Positions 38,570 to 51,774 of a stretch of 64,000 bases of DNA are shown here, piece by piece. The stretch's first letter is position 1, and each line of letters opens with the position of its first letter. The position numbers and the translations under genes were made by a program. The notes under the pieces are model-generated. The model was not told where the DNA came from, did no database searches, and was given only the letters and a program-made list of their open reading frames with translations. The stretch comes from Glaucostegus cemiculus (taxonomy: Eukaryota), in contig CDPCPM010000010.1 in the NCBI GenBank assembly GCA_976551045.1, forward strand, positions 20,956,001-21,020,000, written 5' to 3'.

Positions 38570-40979
38570 CCATAATGTTTTTTCTTCACGTATTTATTGC
38601 ACAGAATTCTCCAAAAGTAACAAATGGTTAATACATAGTGCACACTGAAAGAAGAATATTTACAGAATGTCCTGGACGTTTTGTGCAGTTTAGACAACTT
38701 CCATTTGAGTCAAATAAATTAAAAATACTGTAAAAGACGATTACAATTGACAAAATATTAAATACAATATCTTGCTTTTAAACTCAGCATTCATGTTGCA
38801 ATTATTTAGAAATTACTTTAGTTATCTTGAAAAATTACACAATCTCCCTTAAGACTTTAAAACCATAATGCATGAAAGAAAAGCTTTGTTTGTACAAACC
38901 TACTGCTTTTGACTACAGTAGAGGATGAAAAATTAAGTATTCCTCCCAAGCAATCCATGTATCCCTTATTAAAGTAAACTCATTTGTCTTTTTAAATTGT
39001 ACCTTGCAATGTGCACATTACTACCTCAACCAAAAAAAAAGGGTTTTTATTGTTAGCCAATGCCTTTATGGAAATTTCCTTTGATTAAGGCTGTGATTAT
39101 AGTAACAAAATCAATTCATACTGTAGCTGGCTCAGACTCTATGCAGAACAAATTCCAAAGATATTTACTTCAGCAACATTGTGATGGGTTTCAAAAGGCA
39201 CTCTTTTTTTTTAAACTTGCCCTCTCAGACTTCTTTCTGGCTAGGATTTATTTCTTCCCTTTCCATCTTTCTCTATATATTACATCTTGACCAAGACAGT
39301 AAATGATGTCTGCAATCCTAGCTTCTGCTAGTGCTGCCATAAACACCAATTTTTCCCTCTTCTCTAAATGGCTTTAGCTGGGATACTCTAATTACAAATA
39401 CTGAAGTGAGGTAAAAAAAACAAAGATGACTCTTGCTGCATACAGTATGGACACTGGTACAAATGAGTTCCAATGGAAAATATTAATAAATCTAACTCTT
39501 CCCCCGCCCTCCCCCCCTCCCCCAGAGTGGATGGCTACTTTTAAAGATTTGATTTACTTTGGTTTATTGTCTGCATTTCACCCTCTTACTGCTATGCTCC
39601 TGAAAGATTTTACTTGTCATAGTAGTGGTCAACTGGATTGCTAAATGATATCCTTGCCTAACATTCCTAATCCATCCTCAACCTGGTTGGCACTGGGTTG
39701 TGAGGATATGAAAAAGTCTTAGAGAGATTACTATATTTTAAAAATGTTGAAAAATACTGCATAAAAAATATTGTAGTTAGGATCATGTACAGAATTCACT
39801 ATGGACATGAAAATACGATTGTCTCTTCGCTATATTTTCACATGATCCACTAGGAATGCATTAATTTATCCAAATCCAGAACCACATTTTGAAGATAATA
39901 TCCTGTTCTCACCATTTTAATTAGCTAAAATTTACATTTCTTCCACTCCTAATTTCTTTTGTGAGCTCCACCCACACGTGGTGCCAGTGCCTGAATGGAG
40001 TATTCTACTGCATCACTTAGCACCGTGAGCTGAATAACAGACAAATTACAAATAAAAACCAGCTAAACTAGAAATTTGGTAGCAGGGAAATGAGAGCACA
40101 ACAATTCCTTGGTGCAGAATTAACTGAGGTAGTACAGCATTGAATTGATTTCCCCTCCCCATTACAAATCATTTTCAAATGATAAGTTTTGGTCAGATCA
40201 CCTGACTGAAGGTCTGTTACTGATAGAAATAAATGAATATTGAATCTGTGACTGATCTTTCCTATATGATTTTATCCAACTTGTTGCATCAATGCTTAAA
40301 TTTTAGAAAAGTGAAGCAAGAACAATCACAGATAACAATTTATCTAATTAAAGGCAATGATTAGCATTGTTCAATTCTTGTCAGTTACATCAATGTATTT
40401 AAAACATTAAAACAGACTTTTTTTTAAGTTTATTCTTAAGTGGGTTTTTGTAAAAGTAAACATACAAAACATCTTTCCAAATACTCTGTCCATGGAGTAC
40501 AAAAAATAAAAATGCGCAAATATGTGCAGGTTCAGTAAAAACAGGAGGAGTTAGTTCGACTTCTCTGAAGTCAAAAAATTTCCATACATGCAACATCATA
40601 GTTTGTCAGAAGAAAAAGCTGAAATTTCTTGCTCTTAGTTTCAAAATGTGGTTGTTCAAATACCATTTTAAACTCTGGAAAAAGAATATTTCACTATCCC
40701 TTTTTGGTCTCCCCTTCCAAAACTTTCTATTTGTTGTAGACAGTTCAACAGCATTGAGAAAAGTGACTGTTTTGCTCTATAGCAGAGTCTTTTTTTTCTT
40801 CCACCAGCATGATATTCTTCTGTGGCATTTTCATGCAGCTAAAATGCAGAGGGCCTTGCCATATAAGACAGGAATATAGGATTACAAGCATGGAAAATGT
40901 CAATATTTTGGTGCTGTCTTCCATTCTGTGCAGTCATTTCCTTTTCCAATTGTTTAGCACAACTTGGCAATTGAGAAAT
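38570..40979 (-). other. FNIP1: FNIP1 3'UTR (~2.4 kb)
   Basis: AT-rich stretch after the stop with no recognisable TE. AATAAA on minus at 38598-38593, Pumilio element TGTAAATA (38664-38657) and several miRNA seed matches. The 3' end is inferred. Confidence 0.65.
38593..38598 (-). terminator. Putative FNIP1 polyadenylation signal AATAAA
   Basis: Plus-strand tttatt at the distal end of the TE-free 3' region. Confidence 0.55.
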
Positions 40980-41058
40980 TCAAAGCAATATCTGGGCCAC
41001 ATATGGAGAATGAGTGCTTGCTACAGCTGCCAGCAAGGGCAGGTCACTGGATTCAATC
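40980..41058 (-). CDS. FNIP1: FNIP1 terminal coding exon, [25 protein letters not shown]
   Basis: ttgtAG acceptor. Canonical FNIP C-terminus with TGA stop at 40982-40980. Confidence 0.97.
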
Positions 41059-41429
41059 CTACAATGGAAGAAGACGTTAGTACTTTTATATCAGAATCCA
41101 GAAAGCAAACAAGATGAGATATTTCTGTAATCCCTCATCTCATCCATTTGGCAATTTTGCATAAGATCCCCATTATTTTTTTAAAATAATAGCTTGCCAG
41201 TCTGTATTCTGTTTTAAATTGACAGACATATGCATGCTTTCCATAATAACACACACTTTAAAGTTTGATCTATCTATTGTATTTTATTCAAAATTAAGTT
41301 TGGCAAGCCTCTGGCTCTTGAACTTTATTTAGTCCAGAACTTGTTTTAATTCATTTCAGTACTATGGCTGAATAAATCAAGTTTTTAAGCAAAAATCAGT
41401 TGTTTACACCCCTGGAAGATATTTGTATA

Positions 41430-41700
41430 CAGTGGCACAGCTCGTTGTGTTGCTGCCTCACAGCCCCAGTGACCCAAGTGCAATCCTGACTTGTCCTGTC
41501 TGTGTGGAGTTTGTATATTTTCCCTGTGATCCCTTGGGTTCTCACTGCCCACCCCCAAGCTTCTAGTGTGGTGAGTATTAGAACCTGGGGAGAGTTGATG
41601 GAGATGTGGACAGAATAAGATGGGATTAAATAAATAGGTGCTTGATGGTTGGTTTCGACTTGTTTGGTCAAAGTGCCTGTTTGTGTTATATGACTCAGTC
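41430..41700 (+). mobile_element. Degenerate HE1-like V-SINE with CR1/HER1-type tail in the last FNIP1 intron
   Basis: GTGGCACAG..GCTGCCTCACAGCCCCAGTGACCC..TGTGTGGAGTTTG..GGTGCTTGATGGTTGG..GCCTGTTT. Confidence 0.65.
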
Positions 41701-42080
41701 AGTCTTAATAGGAGCATCATGTAATGTGCTGCTCTGTCAATCATTCCCGAAAAGATTTTAAGTTCAGACTCTGCCTTCACTTGCAGCAAGACAGGTGAAA
41801 CAATTGACAGTGGAGGTCGGAACAGATAATCTTGGGATCTTGCTAGCTTAAATGACTTGACTGATATCAACCAAACTAGGTTCGTATTTTGCTGCTGAGA
41901 GCATGCCCAACAATTTCCTTCTGCTATTTTCGGTATTTCCAAATACACACTAACACTCACTAGAGGAAAAAGCAGGTGGATGAGCTGCTTTCTGTACTTG
42001 GTTTCTTCTCATGTGGAAGTGAAAACAAAACAGCTGAGGTAATTACACAAGTCACTGCTTGAAATATTAAAACTCCTTAC

Positions 42081-42196
42081 CCTAATACCATGCCCAATTC
42101 CTTCACATGAACTCTCATTTGGCCCTTAAGATATTCTGACAACATCTTGCTTTTGAAATACAGTTCCTGCAACCGATCTTCAAGGTGCATTATACA
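42081..42196 (-). CDS. FNIP1: FNIP1 penultimate coding exon (116 nt), [39 protein letters not shown]
   Basis: catAG acceptor and GG|gtaagg donor. Near-identical to recalled FNIP1. Phase 0 to 2. Confidence 0.97.
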
Positions 42197-43585
42197 CTAT
42201 GTAGAAAAAAAGATTAGTTCAATATTCTGTACGGAAGAAATCATTGTCATCTAATATTTAAAGTAATTTGAATTTTGAATAAATTCCATCCCAGCCTGAT
42301 GCAATGAAATACATAAGTCTTTATGAACAGCTGGTGAAAATGGTAGGAGAGAAGGGCAGCTGTCCTTTACATGAAAATCAAATCTACACCAAAACTAATT
42401 ACTGGAACTTTGAAAGAGAAGAGCCTCAACTTATTTCCTGGTGTTGTGAAGCAAAGATGCCTTGAATTGAAGGTTAGTGTTATTTGGGGACAACAGAGCA
42501 GGAAAAAACGCTACAGAGTTTCATACTGAAGAGAATACAATTGTACTATGACCAAACCTCACTTTACCAGCAACTATTCACCAATCTGACCAGATGACGA
42601 CTTGATATCACACTTGCAGTCTAAAAACCCTCTGGTGGAGTTTTTCTTATTCCCAGATTTCAAACATCTCAAAATCCATATTTATATAGTTGGTCTAACT
42701 AATTAGGAAGAAAACTATTTTTCAAACATGAAGCACAATGAGTTTTTTCACTTCCATCCTCTTTTCAATTTGTCCATGGCTCCTAACCCACACGATTTAT
42801 CCCCATCCTTTAGCTACTTGACCAGGTTTCCTCTTTTGGCCATTCAGCTGCCAAACTCATTAGCCGCCTTTCTCTGGTGTATCTCCAATTTAACTTACAT
42901 TCACTGCTTTAAAGAAAACATTGGCTTCTCTTCTGTGTGTACCATCCTTCCCAAAGTGGATTAATGTAATACTGTCTCTCACATAAACAGGAAGGATGGA
43001 GGCAGGAGTTTGAGGATTTTTTTTTGTTCCCTCTCCATGAGATCTCAAATAGGAGGGTTTGTTACTGTTTCAGATGTTCATGTCATATATTGGTAATAGA
43101 CTCCTAAGATGGGTTTACACATTTATTAATCTCCAGTGGTTCCATTGAGATGAGTGATCAACCACAATTGTGGAGTTAAAGGATGATGGAAGCTAGATGC
43201 AAACATAATCAACAGTAGCAATGATATTCAGCTTACCCCAATAACACAACAAAACTGGAGTTCAGTGTTAATAGATGGGCAAGTGAAAAGTTCTCATTGA
43301 TGTTTAAACAAATATTTCATTTAATTCTGGTGTAGATTTGAATCTCTAAAGAAAAAAAGTCCTCCTTTATGCTGGATTCAATTTACTTTTCTTTTATCTA
43401 CTTCAGCTATTTCCAAGATGTGCAGTTCTATGGACACTCTGAAACAAAAGGCAGAACTTTCACTATCTATATAAATATTAAAGCTTTTTTATTCTTGCAA
43501 GCTAACAGGATCACTATCCTGTTTCTTCTGTATCTGAATAAATTTCAATTAAGGTAACAGACCCTCCTGGTCTTGAAATACTCAC

Positions 43586-43786
43586 AAAGTTTGGAGACAG
43601 ATTTAGTTTGTAGAGTTGCAGGGTGGAATGAAGCAGGTTAGATACTAAACTGGATACAAGTACTTCTTTCCCAAGTTTGTTGCTGTCCGTGATGCGCCTC
43701 TGGCTACTTGCAACCTGGACTGTCCACTTATCCAAATCCGCAATAATGCAAATGGCTTCTGCTATAGGTTCATCTAACACAGGATG
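43586..43786 (-). CDS. FNIP1: FNIP1 coding exon (201 nt), [31 protein letters not shown]...NLSPNF
   Basis: ctcAG acceptor and TTT|gtgagt donor. Highly conserved FNIP C-terminal domain. Phase 0 to 0. Confidence 0.97.
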
Positions 43787-44479
43787 CTGAGCAGAAAAAG
43801 CATTGTTTGGTTAACATCCTCCAGTTGAGGGCCTTAAACATAATGCATTTCTAAAATAATGTCTTCATAGCATCTCATCTATCTTCAGAAATGGAGGAAA
43901 ATATTCCATTTGTTTTATTATTCTGCTAATTAACATTTCCTTTTTGTCTTGTAAGATGGTGGTAACATGGTCCTTTGTAAATGAATTGCACAAATAACAT
44001 ATACAAGGAGGAATGGTGGCATAGAGATTAATTTGCTGTACAATTTACTGTACTAATAACATTGGTCAGAGCTAATGATCTGAAGTCAAATTCCCACCAC
44101 ACTATCTGGTATGTTTAAATTCAATTGATCAAATTATCTGGAACCTAGTCTCAATAAAAGCAACAATACAACTCGCACATTTGATCTGGAGAAGGAAATC
44201 TGTTGTCCTTTGGAAAGCAAGATACTGCAGATACTGGAAATAAAAAAAAATTCTGGAAACACTCAGATCAGGCTGCATCAGTGGAGACAAAAATAGAGTT
44301 AATGTTTCAGGTCAATAACCAGAACCTGGAAATTTAGAAAACAGGAATGTTTAAGCTACTGTTTCTCTTGTCATAGACTCTGCTGCTCGTAATTCCTGTG
44401 ATGTTTAAGTGAAACTTTTACAATAATGTGGCTCATTTCTGACTGCTCTCTGAAATAGCTTAGCAAACCATTCCAGTAT

Positions 44480-45205
44480 TATAGATTGTGAATTCTGGTA
44501 GGACAGAGTAAAGGGCAGGAACCTTAGGGAAGTTGATACATGAAGGGATCTAGTGGTACAAGTCCATACCTTGCTGGAAGTGGTGACACAGGTGGATAGG
44601 GTCGCAAAGATGGCATTGGAATGCCTACCTTCATGGGCCTAAGCATAGAGTACAAGAATTGGGATATCATGTGGAAGATGTACAAAACATTGGCTTGACA
44701 GTACTTGGAGTATTGTATACAGTTCTGGTTGCCACACTACAGAAACGATGTGGTAGCAATAGAGAGTGCAAATGAGATTCACCGGGTGTTTCCTGGAATA
44801 TGGGACTGCATTTATATCGAGCAATTGGATAAACTGGGTTCACTCTCATTAGAACATCAGAGCTCAAATGATGACCTTGGGTTAATAACATTAATGTAGG
44901 ATCAGAATTTTTCCCCAGGGCAAGGGAGTCTGGAACTAGAGGGCACAAGTTTAAAGTGAGAGGGGAGAAATCTAAAGGTGATCCGTGGGTTACGTTTTTC
45001 CACGTAGGGGGTGGGTGTTATATGGAACAAGCTGCCAGAAGAGGTGGTAGAGGCCGATGCAGTTACAACATTTTAGGAGGTGTTTAGACAGGTACTTAGA
45101 TAGGAAAGGCTTAGATATGGGCTTAATAAAAGGTGTAGACAGGCATCAGGGTTGGCATGGATGAGGTGGGCCCAAGGGGCCCATCTCTGTTCTCTATTAT
45201 TCTAA
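44480..45205 (+). mobile_element. Degenerate CR1/HER1 3' fragment
   Basis: LEYCIQFWLPHYRNDV and TRGHKFKVRG. Confidence 0.8.
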
Positions 45206-47036
45206 TGAATCAATACTCCTTTCCGAACAAGGAACATAAAAGCAGCAAGGATACAGAATGTACTTGGAGGTGGGGGAAAGGATTACATCAGAGAGATGGG
45301 ATTAGGCTGTTCTGTCATTCAGGATGATTATGACCAACCACCTATATCAATGTCATAAGCATGCTCTCCCCTTACACCTATGCCTTTCATGCTGAGAAAT
45401 TAAGCTCCTATATAAGTGGTTCTAGCTCTGTAGGTGTGAGAGTCGCTCAGAAGCATCACCACTAACCAAGTTAGCTATAAAGTTGGGTCTGCAGCAAGTG
45501 CTCATTAAACCAACATTAGAAAGAACCTTACTTAACCATGTCCTCACCAATCGATCTACTGCAGTTGCATCAGTCTAGTATAGAGCAAGGAGTGACCACT
45601 GTACCATTCTAGTGAAGAGGGTCACTCCTTCACATGCAGTACCACTGTCTTTTCTAATGGGAAAGATTTAATCTATCCAGGCATCTGAGTTCTGAGGACC
45701 ATCAGACAAATCATATTCCACCACAACTTGTAACCTCACTTATCATTACTGATAAGCCATGGAGTCAACTCTGGTTCAATGAGTGTGGAAGGACACTACA
45801 GGAGCAGCATCAAGCATAACCCAAGATCTCAATTTGACAAATCAGCAACAGAATATAGGCATGCTAAACATTAAGAGCAGTGTACAGGTGTCACCATCAA
45901 AAAGAGAGCATACCCATAACATTCAATAACCATAACTCTTTGACCTTTCCCATAAAGTCTGCTCCTATCCCTCACCAAGGCTGTGGTAAAGTATTTAGTT
46001 GGGGGAGGGGGAATTATGATGCTACTATGCAGGAACTTGAGAGCGTAAATTGGGAACAGATGTTCTTGGGGAAGTGCACAATGGAAATGTGGAGGTTGTT
46101 CAGGGAGTACTTGCATGGGGTTTTGGATAGGTTTGTCCCATTGAGGCAGGGTAAGGATGGTAGAGTGAAGGAACTATGGTTGACAAGAGACATAGAATAC
46201 CTTGTGAAGAGGAAGAAAGAAGCTTACCTCAGATTTAGAAAGCATGGATCAGACAGGGCTCTGGAGAGTTACAAGGTAGCCAGAAGGGAGCTTAAGAATG
46301 GACTTAGGAGAGCTGGAAGGGGAGATGAGAAGGCCTTGGTAAGTAGGATTAAGGACCACCCCTCCCCCCCTGCCCCAAGGCATTTTACACATACATGAAG
46401 AAAAGGAGGATAACTCAAGTGAGGGTAGGACCGATCAGGGATAAAAGAGGAAACGTGCCAGGAGTCTGAAGAGGTAGGGCAGGTCCTTAATGAATACTTT
46501 GCTTCAGTATTCACCAGGGAGAGAGACCTTGACGTTGTGAGAATGCCGTACAACAGGCTGATATATTAGGGCACGTCAACGTGAGGAAAGGGGATGTGGA
46601 AGAGTGGGTTAGTAAGTTTGCTGATGACACAAAGGTTGGTAGTGTTGTGGATAGTGTAGAAAGTTGCTGTAGGTTACAACAGGACACTGATAGGATGCAG
46701 ATCTGGGCTGAGAAGTGGCAGATGGAGTTCAACCTGGAAAAGTACGAAGTGATACACTTTGGAAGATTGAATTTGAAGCCAGAGTTCAAGGTTATTGGCA
46801 GGACTCTTAGCAATGTGGAGGAATAGAGGGATCTTGGGGTCCACGTCCATTGATCCCTCAAGGTTGCCATGCAGGTCGATAGGGTTGTTAGGAAGGCGTA
46901 TGGTCTGTTGATCTTCATGAGTTGGGGTATTGAGTTCAAGAGCCGTGAGGTAATGTTGCAGCTCTACAGAACTCTGGTTAGACTACATTTGGAATATTGT
47001 GTTCAGTTCTGGTCACCTCACTATAGGAAGGATGTG

Positions 47037-48694
47037 ATAGAAGGCAGAGGGTGACAGAGGAACTGAAGTGGATTGACATTAGGAAAGAAATGGTGATGGG
47101 TAGACTAATGGGACTGAAGGATGACAAATCCCCAGGCCCAGATGGTCTGCATCCCAGGGTACTAAAGGAGGTGGCTCTGGAAATTGTGGATGCATTGGTG
47201 ATCATTTTCCGATGTTCCTTAGAGTCGGGGTCAGTTCCTGAGGATTGGAGAAAGGCTAATGTTATTCCACTTTTTAAGAAAGGAGGGAGGGATAAAACGG
47301 GGAACTATCGTCCAGTCAGCCTGACATCTGTGGTGGGGAAGTTGCTAGAGTCTATTATTAAGGATGAAGTAACGACATATTTGGAAAGCAATGATAGGAT
47401 TGGGTCGAGTCAACATGGATTTACCAGGGGCAAATCATGCTTGACTAATCTACTGGAGTTCTTTGAGGATGTAATGAGGAAAACAGACGGGGGTGAGTTG
47501 GTGGATGTGGTGTACCTCGACTTTCAGAAGGCATTTGATAAGGTGTCGCACAGGAGATTGGTGGGTAAAATTAGGGCTCATGGAATTGGGGGGAGGGTAT
47601 TATCATAGATAGAAAACTGGTTGGCTGCTAGGAAACAAAGGGTAGGGGTGAATGGATGTTTCTCAGAATGGCTGGCCGTGACTAGTGGGGTGCCACAGGG
47701 CTCGGTGCTGGGACCGCAGCTGTTTACGATCTATGTTAATGATTTAGATGAAGGCATTGAGAATAACATTAGCAAGTTTGCTGATGATACAAAGTTGGGT
47801 GGCAGTGCGACATGTGTAGAGGATGTTAGGAGGATTCAAGGTGACTTGGATAGGTTGGGTGAGTGGGCAGATACTTGGCAGATGAAGTTTAATGTGGATA
47901 AGTGTGAGGTTATCCACTTTGGGAGCAGGAACAGGAAGGCGGATTATTATCTGAATGGTGTGGAGTTAGGTAAGGGGGAAATACAAAGGGATCTAGGAGT
48001 CCTTGTTCATTAGTCACTGAAAGTGAATGAGCAAGTACGGCAGGCAGTGATGAAGGCTAATGGAATGTTGGTCTATATTACATGGGGAATTGAGTACAAA
48101 AGCAAAGAGATTCTTTTGCATTTGTACAGGGCCCTGGTGAGACCACTCCTGGAGTATTGTGTACAGTTTTGGTCTCCAGGGTTAAGGAAGGATATCTTGG
48201 CTATAGAGGGCGTGCAGCGTAGGTTTACGAGGTTAATTCCGGGGATGTCGGGACTGTCTTGTGCTGAGAGATTGGAGAGACTGGGATTGTACACGCTGGA
48301 ATTGAGAAGATTGAGAGGGGATCTGATTGAAACATACAAGATTATTAAGGGATTGGACAAGATGGAGTCAGGAAATATGTTCCAGATGTTGGGGAAGTCC
48401 AGGACCAGAGGGCATGATTTAAGAATAAGGGGTAGGCCATTTAGGACAGAGATGAGGAAAAACTACTTCTCCCAGAGGGTTGTGAATTTGTGGAATGCAC
48501 TGCCTCGGAAGGCAGTGGAGGCCAATTCTCTGGATACTTTCAAGAAGGAGCTGGATAGGTTTCTTGTGGATGAGGGAATCAAGGGATATGGGGACAAAGC
48601 AGGAACAGGATATTGATTGTTGATGATCAGCCATGATCTCAAAATGGCGGTGCAGACTCGAAGGGCCGAATGGTCTACTTCTGCACCTATTGTC
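47037..48694 (+). mobile_element. Young 5'-truncated CR1/HER1 LINE with RT domain
   Basis: ORFs 47051, 47621 and 48023 are one frame broken only by two TAG stops. KSPGPDG, NYRPVSLTS, YLDFQKAFDKV, SGVPQGSVLGP and KFADDTKLGG. (TATTGTC)n tail. Confidence 0.95.
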
Positions 48695-49797
48695 AGTCAA
48701 AATTGGTGAAAACATCTCAAGCACCATCACACTGAGCACTGGCTCCCCTCAGGGTTGTGTGCTCAGTCCGCTCCTGTTCACCTTGTTGACCCACGACTGT
48801 GAGGCCAGATTCAGCTCCAACCGCATTGTTAAATTTGCCGATGACACGACAGTGGTGGGTCTTGTTACGAATGACGATGAGTCGGACTATAGAGAGGAGG
48901 TGAACCAACTAGCCGTGTGGTGCCATGACAACAACCTCTCCTTGAATGTGGATAAAACCAAGGAGATGATAGTGGATTTTAGGAGGGGTCATCGTGTGCA
49001 CACCCCGCTGACCATCAACGGGTCTGCTGTGGAACAAGTACGCAGCACCAACTTCCTGGGGGTGCACATCACCGACGACCTGACCTGGTCCACTAACATT
49101 ACGGCCCTCACGAAGAAGGCTCAGAAACGCCTCTACTTCCTGCAGAGACTGAGGAAAGCGTACCCACACCCCACAGTCATGAAATCCTTCTACAGGGGGA
49201 CCATTGAGAGCATCCTAACTCAATGTATCTCTGTTTGGTTTGGAAGCTGCTCAGCTGCTGGGCGGAAGTCCCTCCAGAAGATAGTTAAGGCTGCGGAGTG
49301 GATCATAGGTGTCTCGCTTCCATCCCTCGCAGACATATACAAAGACCGTTGTGTGAGGAAGACCAAAAGCATAATGGCCGACCCCTCTCACCCCTCCCAC
49401 CACCTCTTCACAATTTTGCCATCAGGGAGGAGGCTTAAATGTATCAGGGCAAGAACGTCCAGGCTGAACAATAGCTTCTTTCCGCAAGCCATAAGAACTG
49501 CAAACTCTCTCATCCCTCCATCTTCCTTTGTTAACACTAGGAGATGCTAGGTGCACAGAAATGCACCAGCACTTTAAATGCCCGACACCAGCCCGTTCAC
49601 TTTAAGATCTATTTATGTAAGAACTAATGGGTAATGTTTTGTACTGTGTATTCTGCCAAGTGTGTATGTGTCTCTCTGTTGGTTGTTATGTTATTCTTTT
49701 TTTTATGAGACGTGTTCCTGTGGAGGACGGTATCTCGCTCCTATGCGTACCATGTATGTATATGGTTGTGACAATAAAAACTGAGTCTGATTCTGAT
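48695..49797 (+). mobile_element. Young 5'-truncated Rex1-type LINE with uninterrupted RT-to-stop frame
   Basis: [44 protein letters not shown]. Flanked by TATTGTC at 48688-48694 and 49798-49804. Confidence 0.95.
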
Positions 49798-51038
49798 TAT
49801 TGTCTATTGTTTTAGAGAGGGTGCAGAGGAGATCTACCAGGATGCTGCCTGGATTGGAGAGCCTGTCTTAAGAGGAACTGTTGAGTGAGCTAGGGCTTTT
49901 CTCTTTAGGGAGGAGGATTTGGAGAAGAGAAGGATGAGAGGTGACTTGATAGAAGTGTACAAGAGGCACAGATCGAGTGGACAGTCAGAGACTTTTTCCC
50001 CAGGGCGACAATGGCTAACATGAGGGGCATAATTTTAAAGTGATTGGAGGAGAGATAAGGAGGATGTCAGAGGTAATACTTTTGTTTGAGAGTGGTGGGT
50101 GTGTGGAATGTACTGCCAGCAGAGGTTGTAAGGGCAGATACATTAGGGATATTTAAGAGACTCTTAGATTGACACATGAATGATAGGAAAATGGAGGGCT
50201 ATGTGGGAGGGGAGGGTTAGATAGATCTTGGAGCAGGATAAAATGTCAGCACAACATTGTGGGCCAAGGGGCCTGTACCTATGTTCTAACACAATTTTCT
50301 ATCATTTATATCTCGTGGTGGTGGGTCTAAAGCTTAAATGGTTCAGACATGTAAGTACCATGGTTGATGAGCAGTCAGAGGTTGGTTATCCTTGGGTAAA
50401 TGATTTGCTTCAAATTAACCTAGTTGATGACGATACTATCCAAGCGGAGTCGATTTCTCTCCATAGAAGCTGCCTGACTTGCTGAGTTCCTCCAGCACTT
50501 TGTATTGATCCAGACAGATCCTACCAGTATACCTGGCACCAGATTAATCACCCTAAACATTCAGTCCCCCCCTCCCACCCCCAATCACTGACACATTTTA
50601 TCTGAAGTGTGCATAGCACCAAGGCTTCTTCAACATCACCTCTGGAATGTGCAAGAAGCACCAGTACCTACAGGCTCTGCTCCAGTTATTCACCATTTTA
50701 ACTGATGGACATTCTTCCTTACCACTGGTGGGTTTAAATCCTGGGACTCCCTATGCAGTAGCACTGTGGAAGTACCTTCATTATAATGACTGCAGTGATG
50801 CCCATGTCCCAAGTGACTCAATTAAAAAAAAATCCGGTAATAAATTATATTAGTGTTTAAATTAAAATTATCAAGAACAGCCTCATCTCCCAATAATTAT
50901 TCAACTGATCATGGTGATTTATTAATGCAAGTTAACGATGGTTTGTTATAGCAGTGTCAGTGACAGAACTTTTCTAAAATAGAAAACTTTTGAAATGGAT
51001 GTTGTAAAATGAAATGAGTAGAACGGTCGATGACGTAC

Positions 51039-51207
51039 CTGAACAGCATGTGTTAAATCTGATGACAAACACTGTTTCAACTTCTCATCGCTGCCTGTTC
51101 CATGCAGAACAAAGTCTGACACATAATGAGGACAATAACCACCAAAAAGAGACCTCCCAAAATTTGCCATGCTGGGTTTGTTGCAGTTTATTTCAATTGC
51201 ATTTGAT
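51039..51207 (-). CDS. FNIP1: FNIP1 coding exon (169 nt), [56 protein letters not shown]
   Basis: ttatAG acceptor and CAG|gtacgt donor. FNIP C-terminal NFGRSLxGGYC motif. Phase 2 to 0. Confidence 0.96.
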
Positions 51208-51774
51208 CTATAAGGGAGGGAAAAGGTACAATTAAATGTAAGTATCAGTAAAAAGTTGAGCAGCTCGAAGTCTGCTGCTTGGTTAACCTTTCTGAAGTTG
51301 AAACCCATATTGCAAGAAACACAATGTGACTGGAGATATTTTGCAGCCAATGACTTATTTTCAGTCAAACACGGGTCTACAGTATAAAGATTAAATCAGG
51401 GATATATAAAGATGTAACCAGGTTAAGCCCTTGGATTTCTTCTTTCACAATTAAGAATTAATGAACTGTCCTATCTCACTCCGGCAAGATAATTTTGTTA
51501 CATACAAGTGATTAAAAGTTGAGTTATTGATGCTGCTTCACCCCTAGAAGTATGTGTGTATAAATTCAAGTGTCATTCATGAAGAATGAAAACTGACCCC
51601 TGCTTCATAGGTTTAATGGAACTGGTTATAGGCAGAAATATACAGGCTTTAATAGTTTATCATGTCCAGAACAACAAAAAATTAGAAGTTTTAGAGGTAT
51701 TCAGGGTAATAACAAAGCACAAAGCTTGTGCTTAACTTGATTTTTGTTTAAGATAACTTTTGCAGGCTTGTTAG

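Larger units (their letters stand above)
45990..50290 (+). mobile_element. Older CR1/HER1 LINE (45990-47036, resuming 49811-50290) hosting two younger insertions
   Basis: LEYCVQFWSPHYRKDV breaks at ~47036 and resumes as LERVQRRSTRMLPGLE at ~49812. Internal deletion near 46590. Confidence 0.85.

Noticed and set aside
39000-39035. A let-7 family miRNA gene on minus (TGAGGTAGTAATGTGCACATTG)
   Set aside because: Similarity stops after about 10 nt and no local complementary arm forms a pre-miRNA hairpin. Kept only as a possible cis-pairing element.
41385-41960. 191-aa minus-strand ORF in the last FNIP1 intron
   Set aside because: Half is antisense SINE sequence, it has no splice logic, and the flanking FNIP1 exons already join in phase.
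47051-49550. Active or domesticated reverse transcriptase gene
   Set aside because: Both elements are 5'-truncated with no endonuclease domain. The CR1 has two stops and the Rex1 lacks the N-terminal RT motifs.
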